NCBI GenBank assembly: GCA_034530615.2
Contig: JAVRCV020000015.1
Coordinates: 96,001-160,000, forward strand
Reading direction: 5' to 3'
Source of the DNA: Aulosira sp. ZfuVER01
Lineage (GTDB): Bacteria > Cyanobacteriota > Cyanobacteriia > Cyanobacteriales > Nostocaceae
Length of the DNA stretch: 64,000 nt
Both the position numbers and the translations under genes were made by a program. Positions 31,033 through 41,598 of the stretch are shown one piece after another (position 1 is the stretch's first letter; each line of letters begins with the position of its first letter). The notes below the pieces were generated by a model. The model was not told where the DNA came from. It was given only the letters and a program-made list of their open reading frames with translations, and did not search any database.

Positions 31033-32025
31033 ATGACTAGCAATTTAGAGGCTCAACTTTTAGCACTACGGCAGGAAGGAGAAAAAGCGATCGCAGCCGC
31101 TGATACCTTGGAACGCCTGGAAGAACTCAGAGTTAATTATCTGGGTAAAAAAGGTCAACTTGGGGCACTGTTGCGAAGTATGGGGCAAATGAGTGCAGAG
31201 GAACGCCCAAAAATTGGGGCGATCGCCAATACTGTTAAAGAATCCTTACAAAATAGTTTAGACAAGCAGCGCACTGCCCTAGAAACTGCTCAAATTCAAG
31301 CCCAGTTAGAGGCTGAAACTCTGGATGTGACTATGCCGGGAATTTACAGCCCCCAAGGTCGCATTCATCCTCTAAATGGCATTATTGACCGGGCGCTGGA
31401 TATCTTTGTCGGTATGGGCTACACCGTGGCTCAAGGGCCAGAGATGGAAACAGATTACTACAATTTTGAGGCGCTGAATACTCCACCTGACCACCCAGCC
31501 CGTGATATGCAGGATACCTTCTACCTGCCAGATGGCAATCTCCTCCGGACTCATACATCTTCAGTGCAAATCCGTTACATGGAAACTGAGGAACCACCAA
31601 TTCGAGTGGTTGCACCAGGGCGAGTTTACCGTCGAGATAACGTAGATGCTACTCATTCGGCAGTTTTTCATCAAATAGAACTTTTAGCCATTGATGAGGG
31701 ACTAACATTTACAGACCTCAAGGGCGCGATTAAGGTATTTTTGCAAGCTATGTTTGGCGATTTGCCAATTCGCTTCCGTGCTAGTTATTTTCCATTTACA
31801 GAACCATCAGCGGAAGTTGATTTGCAATGGAATGGTCGCTGGCTGGAGGTGATGGGTTGCGGTATGGTCGATCCTAATGTGTTGAAATCTGTTGGTTATG
31901 ACCCAGAAGTTTATACTGGGTTTGCTGCTGGTTTCGGTGTGGAACGCTTTGCGATGGTTCTGCACCAAATCGATGATATTCGTCGCTTGTACGCCAGCGA
32001 TTTGCGGTTTTTACGGCAATTTTAG
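31033..32025 (+). CDS. pheS: Phenylalanine-tRNA ligase alpha subunit
   Basis: [31 protein letters not shown]. Confidence 0.98.
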   Translation: MTSNLEAQLLALRQEGEKAIAAADTLERLEELRVNYLGKKGQLGALLRSMGQMSAEERPKIGAIANTVKESLQNSLDKQRTALETAQIQAQLEAETLDVTMPGIYSPQGRIHPLNGIIDRALDIFVGMGYTVAQGPEMETDYYNFEALNTPPDHPARDMQDTFYLPDGNLLRTHTSSVQIRYMETEEPPIRVVAPGRVYRRDNVDATHSAVFHQIELLAIDEGLTFTDLKGAIKVFLQAMFGDLPIRFRASYFPFTEPSAEVDLQWNGRWLEVMGCGMVDPNVLKSVGYDPEVYTGFAAGFGVERFAMVLHQIDDIRRLYASDLRFLRQF

Positions 32026-32029
32026 GAGA

Positions 32030-32158
32030 GGGCAGAAGGTGAGCTACTGCGGTGGACGGGTTCCCCGGCATAAAGGAGGCAGTGCGTTGGGCGGCTTTGC
32101 CGACTTGAAGCAACTGCCGTCAAGTGGCGAACCCGAAGGGCAGAAGGCAGAGGGCAGA
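32030..32158. repeat. Cluster of small dispersed repeats within a GCAGAAG heptamer tract
   Basis: ctactgcggtggacgggttccccggcataaag [gaggcagtgcgttgggcggctttgccgacttgaagcaactgccgt] caagtggcgaacccgaagg, flanked by gggcagaagg. Confidence 0.6.
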
Positions 32159-32356
32159 AAGAGAAGGAACCCACATTTAAAAATCTTGTCATTACAAACC
32201 CCTTTGGGGTAAGGAACAGGCAAGAGGGAACAGAGAAGAGTTATCGAAGACTTTAGTTGTATACAATTCTTCTTTTTTCACTGTTGCTCTAAACCAGAAA
32301 AGACAGTTTTCATTTCTTCTGCCTCCTGCCTCCTGCCCTCTGCCTTTCTTAATAAT

Positions 32357-33802
32357 TTATGACAAACAGCGATCGCAATGTCCACAATGCCAGTTAGCAG
32401 CTTCTTTGTCAAAACCAAAGGCGTTTAACAAAAACTGCCAGCGACACTGTTTGGCATGCAAATACTGATTCATCTGCTTGGCAGCTTGTAGTTGGGTTGG
32501 AGGTTGCTTTTCCACTCCTTGCTTGATGATGTAATGGAAAGGGTCAAGCCAATTTAACTGACCGCCGCTGTGGAGTAAAGATAGGGCGATCGCACTTTCA
32601 GGAAATTGTCGCGTTACGGCATTGACTTCTCCCTGTTTGGGCAGTTTTTTCACTAATTGCTGTGCTGTTTGCTGTTGCGATCGCATTTGTTCTTCAAAAA
32701 ACTGCTGTCTTTGCTTATCTCCTGAATCTAACCAGCCTGTGGGTTCACTTACCAAGGTTAGTGCTTCGGCGGGTTTACCATCTCTGCCGGCGCGGCCAAT
32801 TTCTTGCACATATTCTGAAAGCAGCAGCGGTGCATGAAAATGTATTACCCAACGCACATCAGGCTTATTTATCCCCATGCCAAATGCACAGGTACAAACC
32901 ACAAATGGTATCTTCCCACTTAACCAGCTAGCTTCGACAGCACGGCGTTCTTCGGCACTCAGTCCGGCATGATAACTAGCTGTGGCATAACCCATCTCTG
33001 CTAAAGTTACTGCTAATTTCTCACTATCTCGTCTGGTACGCACATAAACTAATCCCGCTTGTTGGGGTCGCTTTTGAATAAATTTGACTAATTTTTGCTT
33101 TCTACCCCTTGGAGTCCAAGCTATGCAGACGTTAAGATGCAGATTAGGACGGTAGGGATTGAGGCGATAAATATCTGGTTTTTGTAATTGTAAAACTGTA
33201 GAAATTATTTTTTGAGCTAAAGGGTCAGCCGTTGCTGTAAAGGCTGCAAGACTAATTTTTGTTCCTGGTGGTTTTGATTTGAGTAATGCCGACCGCACTG
33301 CTCCTAATCTGCGATAAGCTGGGCGAAATGTTTCACCCCACTGCACTAAACAATGGGCTTCATCTAAAATGATGCCGTTAATCTGCAATTGCGGTTGACA
33401 CAACCTTTCCCAAACTGGAGTACTTAGTAAAGTTTCTGGTGATAAATATAATAATCTCAGTTTTTGTCGTTCCAATGCTTGCAAAGTTAGACGACGTTGG
33501 GATGAAGGTAATTCGCTATGTAACAATGCTGCACTCAGGTTTAATTGACGTAATTCCTGAACTTGGTTTTCCATCAATGCTACAAGGGGGGAAACTACCA
33601 AAGTTAATCCTGTTTGTAGAAGTGCAGGAAGTTGAAAACAAATTGACTTACCCCCACCTGTTGGCATAATAATTAGTGCATCTTTTTGTGCCAATAAACT
33701 ACTGACAATTTCTCCCTGTGGCGGACGAAAATCGTCGTAACCCCAAATTTTTTTAAAGGTAGCAAGGACTGATTCCCAAGATGTGCTTCCTGCTTGATTC
33801 AT
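32357..33802 (-). CDS. recQ: RecQ family ATP-dependent DNA helicase (short form)
   Basis: MPTGGGKSICFQLP, DEAH, QEIGRAGRDG, terminal CGHCDRC. Confidence 0.9.
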   Translation of the reverse strand: MNQAGSTSWESVLATFKKIWGYDDFRPPQGEIVSSLLAQKDALIIMPTGGGKSICFQLPALLQTGLTLVVSPLVALMENQVQELRQLNLSAALLHSELPSSQRRLTLQALERQKLRLLYLSPETLLSTPVWERLCQPQLQINGIILDEAHCLVQWGETFRPAYRRLGAVRSALLKSKPPGTKISLAAFTATADPLAQKIISTVLQLQKPDIYRLNPYRPNLHLNVCIAWTPRGRKQKLVKFIQKRPQQAGLVYVRTRRDSEKLAVTLAEMGYATASYHAGLSAEERRAVEASWLSGKIPFVVCTCAFGMGINKPDVRWVIHFHAPLLLSEYVQEIGRAGRDGKPAEALTLVSEPTGWLDSGDKQRQQFFEEQMRSQQQTAQQLVKKLPKQGEVNAVTRQFPESAIALSLLHSGGQLNWLDPFHYIIKQGVEKQPPTQLQAAKQMNQYLHAKQCRWQFLLNAFGFDKEAANWHCGHCDRCLS

Positions 33803-34171
33803 AATTAATAATAGATGTAACCCTATCTCTGCTGAATATAGCCTCTTTCATTCAGGTAACGTTTCAGTAATTTCATCATCTTCGGAAACATGAGATTGCT
33901 GGAAGATTGGATATTGGATTCCTCTCTATAGCAATCCGATTGTGAACTCTTGAACAATAATTGATTCTGATTCCTATATTCTGGCTGCTGAATTCTTCTT
34001 CAATCATTAAATAAAATTAAGTGTATAAGTTAAGTGTGCTTTCTAAATAAGAATTGGGAATTATAAGTTTTGGTCTGTTTGTGACTAAAATTTTAATATT
34101 AAAAAACTCAGAATTTCTTTATTTTTAGCTAATAAAATTGACAAGAAGGCTGACGATAAATTTTAAAATTT

Positions 34172-35899
34172 ATGAGTACACTCATCAGTGGTGTTTATGA
34201 TTTTCGTTTATTAATTCTTTCAGTAGCGATCGCACTTCTTGCTGCTTACACTGCTTTGGATCTAGCTGGACAAGTGCGTACATCTTTGGGGTATGCGCGG
34301 ATTGGCTGGTTGATTGGTGGTGCAATCGCAATGGGAACTGGTATTTGGTCAATGCATTTTGTGGGAATGCTGGCTTTTTGTTTACCAATTCCTGTGAAAT
34401 ATGATGTTTACACTGTGCTGATATCGATACTGGCTGCAATCTTGGCCTCAGGATGTGCCTTATTTGTGGTCAGTCGGGAAGTGATGAGTATCCCCAATTT
34501 GCTTGGCGGTAGTCTGTTGATGGGGCTGGGTATTACTACTATGCATTACACTGGCATGGCAGCAATGCACTTGAGTGCTAGTATCCATTACAACTATCTA
34601 TTAGTCGGAATTTCAGTTGCGATCGCTTTTATCGTTTCATTAGTGGCTTTGTGGCTGGCATTTCATTTACCCGATCGCAGCACCAGTGCCCATAGAAAGC
34701 AGAAAATAATTAGTGCGATCGTTATGGGTGCAGCCATCCCCATTGTGCATTACACAGGCATGGCAGCTACTAGCTTTCATGTCACAGCAGTAGCAGATAT
34801 ATCATCAGTCATGACCTTTGACTCTTCTGTCCTATCCACTACTATCGGTATTGTCACCTTTGCAATTTTAGGATTAGCATTGCTAATCTCTTTAGAGACA
34901 ACTGCAATGGAGAGAACGGTAGCCTTAGCCAATCTCGAACGTGAAATTGCCCAACGTCAGCAGGTAGAAAAGCTTCTACAAATTGAACAAGCGCGGAAAC
35001 TGGAACAGGCTTTACAAGAATTGCAGCAAACTCAAGCGAAATTAGTCCATACAGAAAAAATCTCTTCCCTAGGACAACTAGTTGCAGGTGTTGCTCATGA
35101 AGTTAATAATCCTGTAAGTTTTATCTCTGGTAACTTGTCTCATGCTCATCAGTATGTTCAAGATTTAATCGGGTTACTCAATCTCTACCGCCTAAAGTTT
35201 TCCAATCCTGGTATAGAAATTGAAAAGCAAATAAAAACTATTGAGTTGGAATATTTGCTTGAAGATTTACCTAAAATGATTTCCTCGATGAAACTTGGTA
35301 CTGACCGCATTAAAGAGATTATGGAATCTTTGCGGAGTTTTTCACGAGTAGACGGAACTGATAAAAAGACTGCTGATATTCATCAGGGAATTAACACCAC
35401 CCTCATGATTTTGCAGCATCGTCTCAAAGCGCAACCAAATCGTCCGGCTATTCAAGTTGTGAAGCACTATGGTAATTTGCCTCAGCTTGAATGCTATGTC
35501 GGACAACTCAACCAAGTTTTTATGAATTTAATAGCCAATGCAATTGATGCTTTAGAAGAGTCTAACAGTGACAAGAGTTTCGCCGATATACTTGAGCATC
35601 CCAATGTGATTACCATTAGTACCAGTAAAGATGATGGTTATGTAACGATCTCAATTGCTGACAATGGGACTGGAATGCCAGAAGAAGTGCGTAGACGCTT
35701 ATTTGACCCATTCTTCACAACCAAGGTAGAGGGGAAAGGTACAGGCTTGGGATTGGCTATCAGTTATCAAATTATCACAGATATCCACGGTGGTAGTTTG
35801 CAGTGTGTCTCTCCTCTAGGAAAAGGTACAGAGTTTATTATTCAAATTCCTACACTGACAACAGTTTCCCACAGTTCACGCTCTGCACTCTATGTTTGA
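34172..35899 (+). CDS. MHYT-domain sensor histidine kinase
   Basis: [20 protein letters not shown] repeats; AHEVNNP; GTGLGL. Confidence 0.92.
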   Translation: MSTLISGVYDFRLLILSVAIALLAAYTALDLAGQVRTSLGYARIGWLIGGAIAMGTGIWSMHFVGMLAFCLPIPVKYDVYTVLISILAAILASGCALFVVSREVMSIPNLLGGSLLMGLGITTMHYTGMAAMHLSASIHYNYLLVGISVAIAFIVSLVALWLAFHLPDRSTSAHRKQKIISAIVMGAAIPIVHYTGMAATSFHVTAVADISSVMTFDSSVLSTTIGIVTFAILGLALLISLETTAMERTVALANLEREIAQRQQVEKLLQIEQARKLEQALQELQQTQAKLVHTEKISSLGQLVAGVAHEVNNPVSFISGNLSHAHQYVQDLIGLLNLYRLKFSNPGIEIEKQIKTIELEYLLEDLPKMISSMKLGTDRIKEIMESLRSFSRVDGTDKKTADIHQGINTTLMILQHRLKAQPNRPAIQVVKHYGNLPQLECYVGQLNQVFMNLIANAIDALEESNSDKSFADILEHPNVITISTSKDDGYVTISIADNGTGMPEEVRRRLFDPFFTTKVEGKGTGLGLAISYQIITDIHGGSLQCVSPLGKGTEFIIQIPTLTTVSHSSRSALYV

Positions 35900-35915
35900 T
35901 GACTCATAAAAATAA

Positions 35916-35952
35916 CCCTTGCAATTCTCCTCAAGTAGAAAATTGGCAAGGG
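35916..35952. terminator. Hairpin between convergent genes
   Basis: cccttgcaatt ... aattggcaaggg. Confidence 0.55.
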
Positions 35953-35970
35953 TTGCAAGCCAAGATGGAT

Positions 35971-37575
35971 TTACACTTTCTGCGGAGTTCCTTGCTCTGC
36001 CTTTTCTTTCGATTGCAAAGATGCGTACAATCGATTCAGTGCATTAACGTAGGCTTGAGCAGACGCAACGATGATATCTGTGTTGGCTGCATGTCCAGAA
36101 AAGATGCGCGATTCATGCCGTAACCGGATAGTTACTTCCCCGATTGCATCAATACCTGCTGTTACTGATTGTACAGAAAATTCAATTAGCTGGTTGGGTA
36201 CGTTTACTACCCGATTGATTGCTTTGTAAACCGCATCTACAGGCCCAGTACCAATTGCCGCATCCGTTAATTCTTCACCTTCTGGAGTGCGCAGGGTGAC
36301 TGTGGCGGTAGGTTTGGCATTACTACCACAAGAAACTTGCACCAACTCTACTTTAAACAAATCTGGTGCTTGCTGAATTTCATCATTAACAATCGCTTCC
36401 AAATCCCAATCAGAGATTTCTTTCTTTTTATCAGCGACTTCTTTGAATCTGAGAAATGCTTTATTTAATTCGGTTTCTGACAGTTCAAAACCCAATTCTT
36501 TCAAGCGGGTGCGGAAGGCATTTCTCCCGGAATGTTTGCCCAAAACTATTTGATTGTCTGTCAAGCCAATCAATTGAGCATCCATAATTTCATAGGTGAG
36601 CTTGTTTTTTAAGACACCATCTTGATGAATGCCAGATTCGTGAGCAAAGGCATTTGCACCGACAATTGCTTTATTTGGTTGCACTAGCATTCCTGTCAAA
36701 TTAGAAACCAGGCGTGAGGAGCGATAAATCTCTCTGGTGTCGATATTTGTCAGAGGTTGTTCTGAATCTACTGGGCGTCCTAAGAAGGGATTGAAATATT
36801 GTCGCCGGACGTGCAAAGCCATAACTAATTCTTCTAAGGCTGCATTTCCAGCTCGTTCGCCAATACCATTGATGGTGCATTCTAATTGTCTGGCACCATT
36901 CTTCACAGCTTCTAAGAAGTTAGCAACTGCTAAACCTAAGTCATTATGTCCGTGAACGGAAATAATTGCTTTATCAATATTTGGGACGTTTTCTTTTATC
37001 CCCTTAATTATTGCCCCAAATTCGCTGGGGGTTGTATATCCGACAGTGTCAGGAATATTAACTGTTGTTGCCCCAGATGCGATCGCTCGCTCTAATACTT
37101 GATACAAAAATTCGGGATCGGAGCGTCCGGCATCTTCGGGAGAAAATTCTACATCATCAGTGAAGGTTTTCGCATAAGCTACCATTTCTTCCGCGATCGC
37201 CAAAACTTCTGATTTGGTCTTTTTCAGCTTGTACTCCAGATGAATATTAGATGTGGCGATAAAAGTATGTATTCTGCCTTTAGCAGCCGGTTTAATCGCT
37301 GCTGCTGCTGCTTTGATATCATCATGCTTTGCTCTGGCCAAACTACAAATTACAGGGCCATTTTCTGTGCCGACAGTTTGGGCAATTTTGCTGACTGCTT
37401 CAAAGTCTCCAGGACTGGCAAAGGCAAATCCTGCCTCAATCACATCTACACCCAGACGCGCTAGTTGCTTGGCGATTACCAGCTTTTCGTCTATGTTTAG
37501 GGTCGCTCCCGGACATTGTTCTCCATCTCGCAATGTCGTATCAAAAATGATAATTCGTTCTGGTTGGCTGCTCAT
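35971..37575 (-). CDS. leuA: 2-isopropylmalate synthase
   Basis: [35 protein letters not shown]. Confidence 0.96.
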   Translation of the reverse strand: MSSQPERIIIFDTTLRDGEQCPGATLNIDEKLVIAKQLARLGVDVIEAGFAFASPGDFEAVSKIAQTVGTENGPVICSLARAKHDDIKAAAAAIKPAAKGRIHTFIATSNIHLEYKLKKTKSEVLAIAEEMVAYAKTFTDDVEFSPEDAGRSDPEFLYQVLERAIASGATTVNIPDTVGYTTPSEFGAIIKGIKENVPNIDKAIISVHGHNDLGLAVANFLEAVKNGARQLECTINGIGERAGNAALEELVMALHVRRQYFNPFLGRPVDSEQPLTNIDTREIYRSSRLVSNLTGMLVQPNKAIVGANAFAHESGIHQDGVLKNKLTYEIMDAQLIGLTDNQIVLGKHSGRNAFRTRLKELGFELSETELNKAFLRFKEVADKKKEISDWDLEAIVNDEIQQAPDLFKVELVQVSCGSNAKPTATVTLRTPEGEELTDAAIGTGPVDAVYKAINRVVNVPNQLIEFSVQSVTAGIDAIGEVTIRLRHESRIFSGHAANTDIIVASAQAYVNALNRLYASLQSKEKAEQGTPQKV

Positions 37576-37670
37576 TTTCTCTTTGTTTAGTTTAGGGTGG
37601 ACTTTTCGCTATAACTACCTGAGATTTTAATTTTTTACTCTTTACATTTGTAAATAAATATTAACTATAA

Positions 37671-38192
37671 TTAGCCTTCAGTTTTTTCTATTCTGTCTCT
37701 AATATCATTCAAGTCTATATATCTATCAGTAGCATTACGTAATTCCCTAGCAATCATTCCCTCTGTCGAAACTACTGTAATATGTGTATTTTTTGAGCGT
37801 AATAATTCAATTGCCCTTTCAAAATCTCCGTCACCACTGAATAAAACTACTCTATCGTATTGATCTACTGTATTGAACATATCTACAACAATTTCAATAT
37901 CTAAATTAGCTTTTTGCGAGTACCTCCCGGATGAATCATCATAATATTCTTTGAGAATTTTCGTTCGGACTGTATATCCTAAACTAATTAGAGCATCTCT
38001 GAAACCTCGTTGATCCTGTGGGTCTTTTAAGCCTGTGTACCAAAATGCATTAATTAATGTTGTTTCTGCTTGTTCGTTTCTAAAGTATTCTAATACTCGT
38101 CGCGGGTCGAAGAACCAACCATTTTTTTGTTGAGCATAGAACATATTGTTTCCGTCTACAAAAATAGACAGACGATTCATTGGAGAACCCAT
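37671..38192 (-). CDS. NYN-domain (LabA/DUF88) protein
   Basis: IFVDGNN, KANLDIEI, LFSGDGDF. Confidence 0.9.
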   Translation of the reverse strand: MGSPMNRLSIFVDGNNMFYAQQKNGWFFDPRRVLEYFRNEQAETTLINAFWYTGLKDPQDQRGFRDALISLGYTVRTKILKEYYDDSSGRYSQKANLDIEIVVDMFNTVDQYDRVVLFSGDGDFERAIELLRSKNTHITVVSTEGMIARELRNATDRYIDLNDIRDRIEKTEG

Positions 38193-38921
38193 AGAAAATT
38201 ACACCTAATAATAGAAAAGAATTTTAGATTGAACAATAGATTATAGCAATTATCAAACGCTCTATTTGCTAATATCTATAAAGTATAACTTCATGTATAG
38301 CTTTTATCTTAACCTCTTTTAATTCATAAGAATGGGCGAAACATTGGAGCAGATCCTAAACGCTGAACCTTGTTGTTCCGAGACGCTGCAAGACTTACCC
38401 TACGATCAAAATCTACCAATAAAATTGACTTAGTAACAGCATGATTAACTGTATAACAGTCAAGTTTACTCCTAAAGAGGTATGGTAGAGGTTCCAAGGT
38501 AGAATGTAGGCTAATGCCCATCTCTAGGTTTTGCCATCAACAACAGCACACACTTTTTGGAAAAGATTGGCGTTGCAGCAGTGACAGAAGTTGTTCAAGA
38601 GAAACTTCTGGTAAATCCTCTGTTAGGGCTATAGCTGTTGAGTTGGGTAGATCCTCACCTCAACCAAGTCCGCAAACAAAGTATCTCTGGGTTAAGCCTG
38701 TGGAAGCATCACAGATTGCACCTCTTAAGAGAGAATTAGGTCGGCAGTGTTGAGATGAGGAGACTCCTGCACAAACACAATCCCAATGCAAATTTGTTGA
38801 AGAATAATGGATAATTTACAAATGTATAAGTTTTTCATTTAACTCTTATTTCAATGTGGTTGCACTAAAACAGGGTCTGAATAAATAAAAGTGTTGTACC
38901 TAAATCAATCAATAACACGAT

Positions 38922-41255
38922 ATGGCAGAAGAACCTACATCTAGCCTAACTAAAAAATATGTCTCTGCTACCAATAGACAGTTAGGCAAACCGACAAAAG
39001 CAACTTCAACCACATCAACCTACCATTCCAAGCTGATGACTTGGTTTGGTCATCTGCTAACTGGTGCTTCAGCAATCGGGGCAGCACTGCTGAGTACTTC
39101 GGGGATGGGTATGGTGCAATTGCTGGAAAGTCAGGCGCTTTCCACTTTTTTTCAACTGCGCGGGCCGATTGTACCTCCAGAAAACATCGTGATTTTGGCA
39201 ATTGACAATCAATCCGTATCAGTCCCTGAACAGTACTATAAAACAGATCCACAACAGTATGCTTACCTGGAACCACTGAAATCTTTTCCATTTCAACGTG
39301 CTGCATACGCTCAAGTAATCAGAAAATTGATGCAGGCTGGGGCCAAGTCTGTGGCAGTTGATGTGGTTTTTGATACGCCTAGCAGTTATGGTGCCGCCGA
39401 CGATCGCCGACTCCAAGAAGTCTTGCAAAAATATGGCAGTAAAGTTACCTTAGCAGCGCTATATGAAAATTCTGAGTCACATCAAGGAACTTGGAATCAA
39501 CTGACGCAACCTCAGTCGATGTTTCGCATAGGGGCTGTATCTATCGGCACAGTTAATTTCCCTTTGGAAGTAGATGGGAAGATTCATCGATTAGCCAGTG
39601 AGTTTAATAAGACATTAGATCAACAAGATGTCTTAATAGACAAAGTGCCTTCCTTTGACGAAGCAGCGCTAAGGGCAGCCAAAATTAAATATTCTCGACC
39701 AAAAGGCGATCGCATTTATTTTTGGGGGCCTGCTGGGACATTTGAGCCAGTTCCCTTCTGGTACGTACTCGATCCGCAAAACTGGAAAAACTATTTGCAG
39801 CAGGGAAAGTTTTTCAAGAATAAAATCGTCGTGATTGGAGCTACAGCACAGTTAGGCAATGATTATCATCGAGTAGTGGCTGGCAACAATTGGCTGTATC
39901 CTGAACGCATGTCAGGGGTAGAAATTCATTCCAATGCGATCGCAACTTTGATGAAAAATAAAGCGATCGCGTCAGGAATTGGCAGTCCACCCATGCAAGG
40001 TTTATTTGTGCTAGCCATAGTTGGAGGTGCAATCTTCCTCTGTACTAGAAGCAAGCGAGGCATAAATCGATTGATCAACAGCATTTTCCTAGCCACAATT
40101 TGGGGAGGAATTAGCTATGTATTATTTGTACATCAGCAATTAATTTTCCCCACAACCATACCAATAGTAGCGATCGTCTGGAGTGGATTAACCTACCTAG
40201 GAACTGAAATAGCTAGAGAAAGTATTAAAAAACGCCAGTTAGTAGATATATTTCAGAAATATAAATCTTCTCCAGTTGTCCAAGAAATTATCAGCCAGCA
40301 AGATGACTTGCAAGATTTACTTCAGCAACGAGATTTAGCCGTAGCTGGGAAAATACTTGGTGGACGCTACAAAATTGTCAAAGTTCTCGGTTCTGGTGGA
40401 TTCAGCGAAACTTACATTGCTGAAGATATCCAACGTCCAGGAAACCCCCGATGTGTAGTTAAACAGCTAAAACCAGCCAACATCACATCAACAGGATTAC
40501 AACTTGCCAGACGTTTATTTAACTCCGAGGCAGAAACTTTAGAAAGATTGGGAAAACACCAGCAAATTCCTCAATTATTGGCTTATTTTGAACAAGATGC
40601 TGAATTTTATTTAGTTCAAGAATATATAATTGGACATCCTCTCAGTCAGGAATTACCCTCAGGTCAACCCCTGCTAGAAACCACAGTTATCGAGATTTTA
40701 CGAGATTTATTGCAAACATTGGCATTTGTGCATCAAAACAGTGTGATTCACCGTGATATTAAACCCAGCAATATTATCCGGCGACATGGAGACTGGAAAC
40801 TGGTATTGATAGACTTTGGTGCTGTCAAAGAAGTCGCTGCACCGCAAATGGAAAATCAAGAACAGACCCCCTTCACCATTGGTATTGGGACTAAGGGTTA
40901 TGCACCCAACGAGCAATGTTTTGGACGTCCCCAATACAGTAGTGACATCTATGCAGTTGGAATGATTGGAATCAAAGCTTTGAGTGGGATTGCACCCCAC
41001 GAGTTCGATAGAGATGCTGAAGGAGAGTTGCAGTGGAGAGATAAAGTCACGGTCAGCCAACCCTTGGCAGAGATTCTCAGTAAAATGGTTTTGGAAGACT
41101 ACAAGCAGCGCTATCAATCTGCAACAGAGGCTTTAGAGGCGTTTTCTCAGTTGGCAAGTTATTCCAATAAAAACTCTGTAAACGAAAACAACTTATCAAT
41201 CAAAACTGCACCTTCCGACGATCCAGATGCTCCTACCACACCTTGGAATGGATGA
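38922..41255 (+). CDS. CHASE2-domain Ser/Thr protein kinase
   Basis: ILAIDNQS, GVEIHSN, three TM segments, LGSGGFSETY, HRDIKPSN, DFG. Confidence 0.92.
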   Translation: MAEEPTSSLTKKYVSATNRQLGKPTKATSTTSTYHSKLMTWFGHLLTGASAIGAALLSTSGMGMVQLLESQALSTFFQLRGPIVPPENIVILAIDNQSVSVPEQYYKTDPQQYAYLEPLKSFPFQRAAYAQVIRKLMQAGAKSVAVDVVFDTPSSYGAADDRRLQEVLQKYGSKVTLAALYENSESHQGTWNQLTQPQSMFRIGAVSIGTVNFPLEVDGKIHRLASEFNKTLDQQDVLIDKVPSFDEAALRAAKIKYSRPKGDRIYFWGPAGTFEPVPFWYVLDPQNWKNYLQQGKFFKNKIVVIGATAQLGNDYHRVVAGNNWLYPERMSGVEIHSNAIATLMKNKAIASGIGSPPMQGLFVLAIVGGAIFLCTRSKRGINRLINSIFLATIWGGISYVLFVHQQLIFPTTIPIVAIVWSGLTYLGTEIARESIKKRQLVDIFQKYKSSPVVQEIISQQDDLQDLLQQRDLAVAGKILGGRYKIVKVLGSGGFSETYIAEDIQRPGNPRCVVKQLKPANITSTGLQLARRLFNSEAETLERLGKHQQIPQLLAYFEQDAEFYLVQEYIIGHPLSQELPSGQPLLETTVIEILRDLLQTLAFVHQNSVIHRDIKPSNIIRRHGDWKLVLIDFGAVKEVAAPQMENQEQTPFTIGIGTKGYAPNEQCFGRPQYSSDIYAVGMIGIKALSGIAPHEFDRDAEGELQWRDKVTVSQPLAEILSKMVLEDYKQRYQSATEALEAFSQLASYSNKNSVNENNLSIKTAPSDDPDAPTTPWNG

Positions 41256-41598
41256 TCTTCACAAACTTTTGATCGGTGAGATGCATTGATGACTGTATCT
41301 AAGTTTTTTGGTAACTTCAGCTATCTTTACCCCTGAAAGTCAGCAATAATTAGATGTATGCCTATGTAGATTCAAAAATCTTAACATTTTTGGACTGATA
41401 ACCCTGCCTTCCTATCTCTGGTAGGGTTAATTTTTCACATTTTATTGCTAATAAAGAGCTAAATTTCAGTAATGAAAGCACTTAAATCTCGACATGATTT
41501 TTATTGCGATCGCATTCACAAAGAGTACTAACTATCAACGCCATCTGTTAAACTTCAGTACTCACAGAGCTTTCAAGGGGTAGGGAGCCAGCACGTGT

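Noticed and set aside
38200..38920. Long intergenic region with short ORFs
   Set aside because: No motifs or convincing structure; probably divergent promoters.
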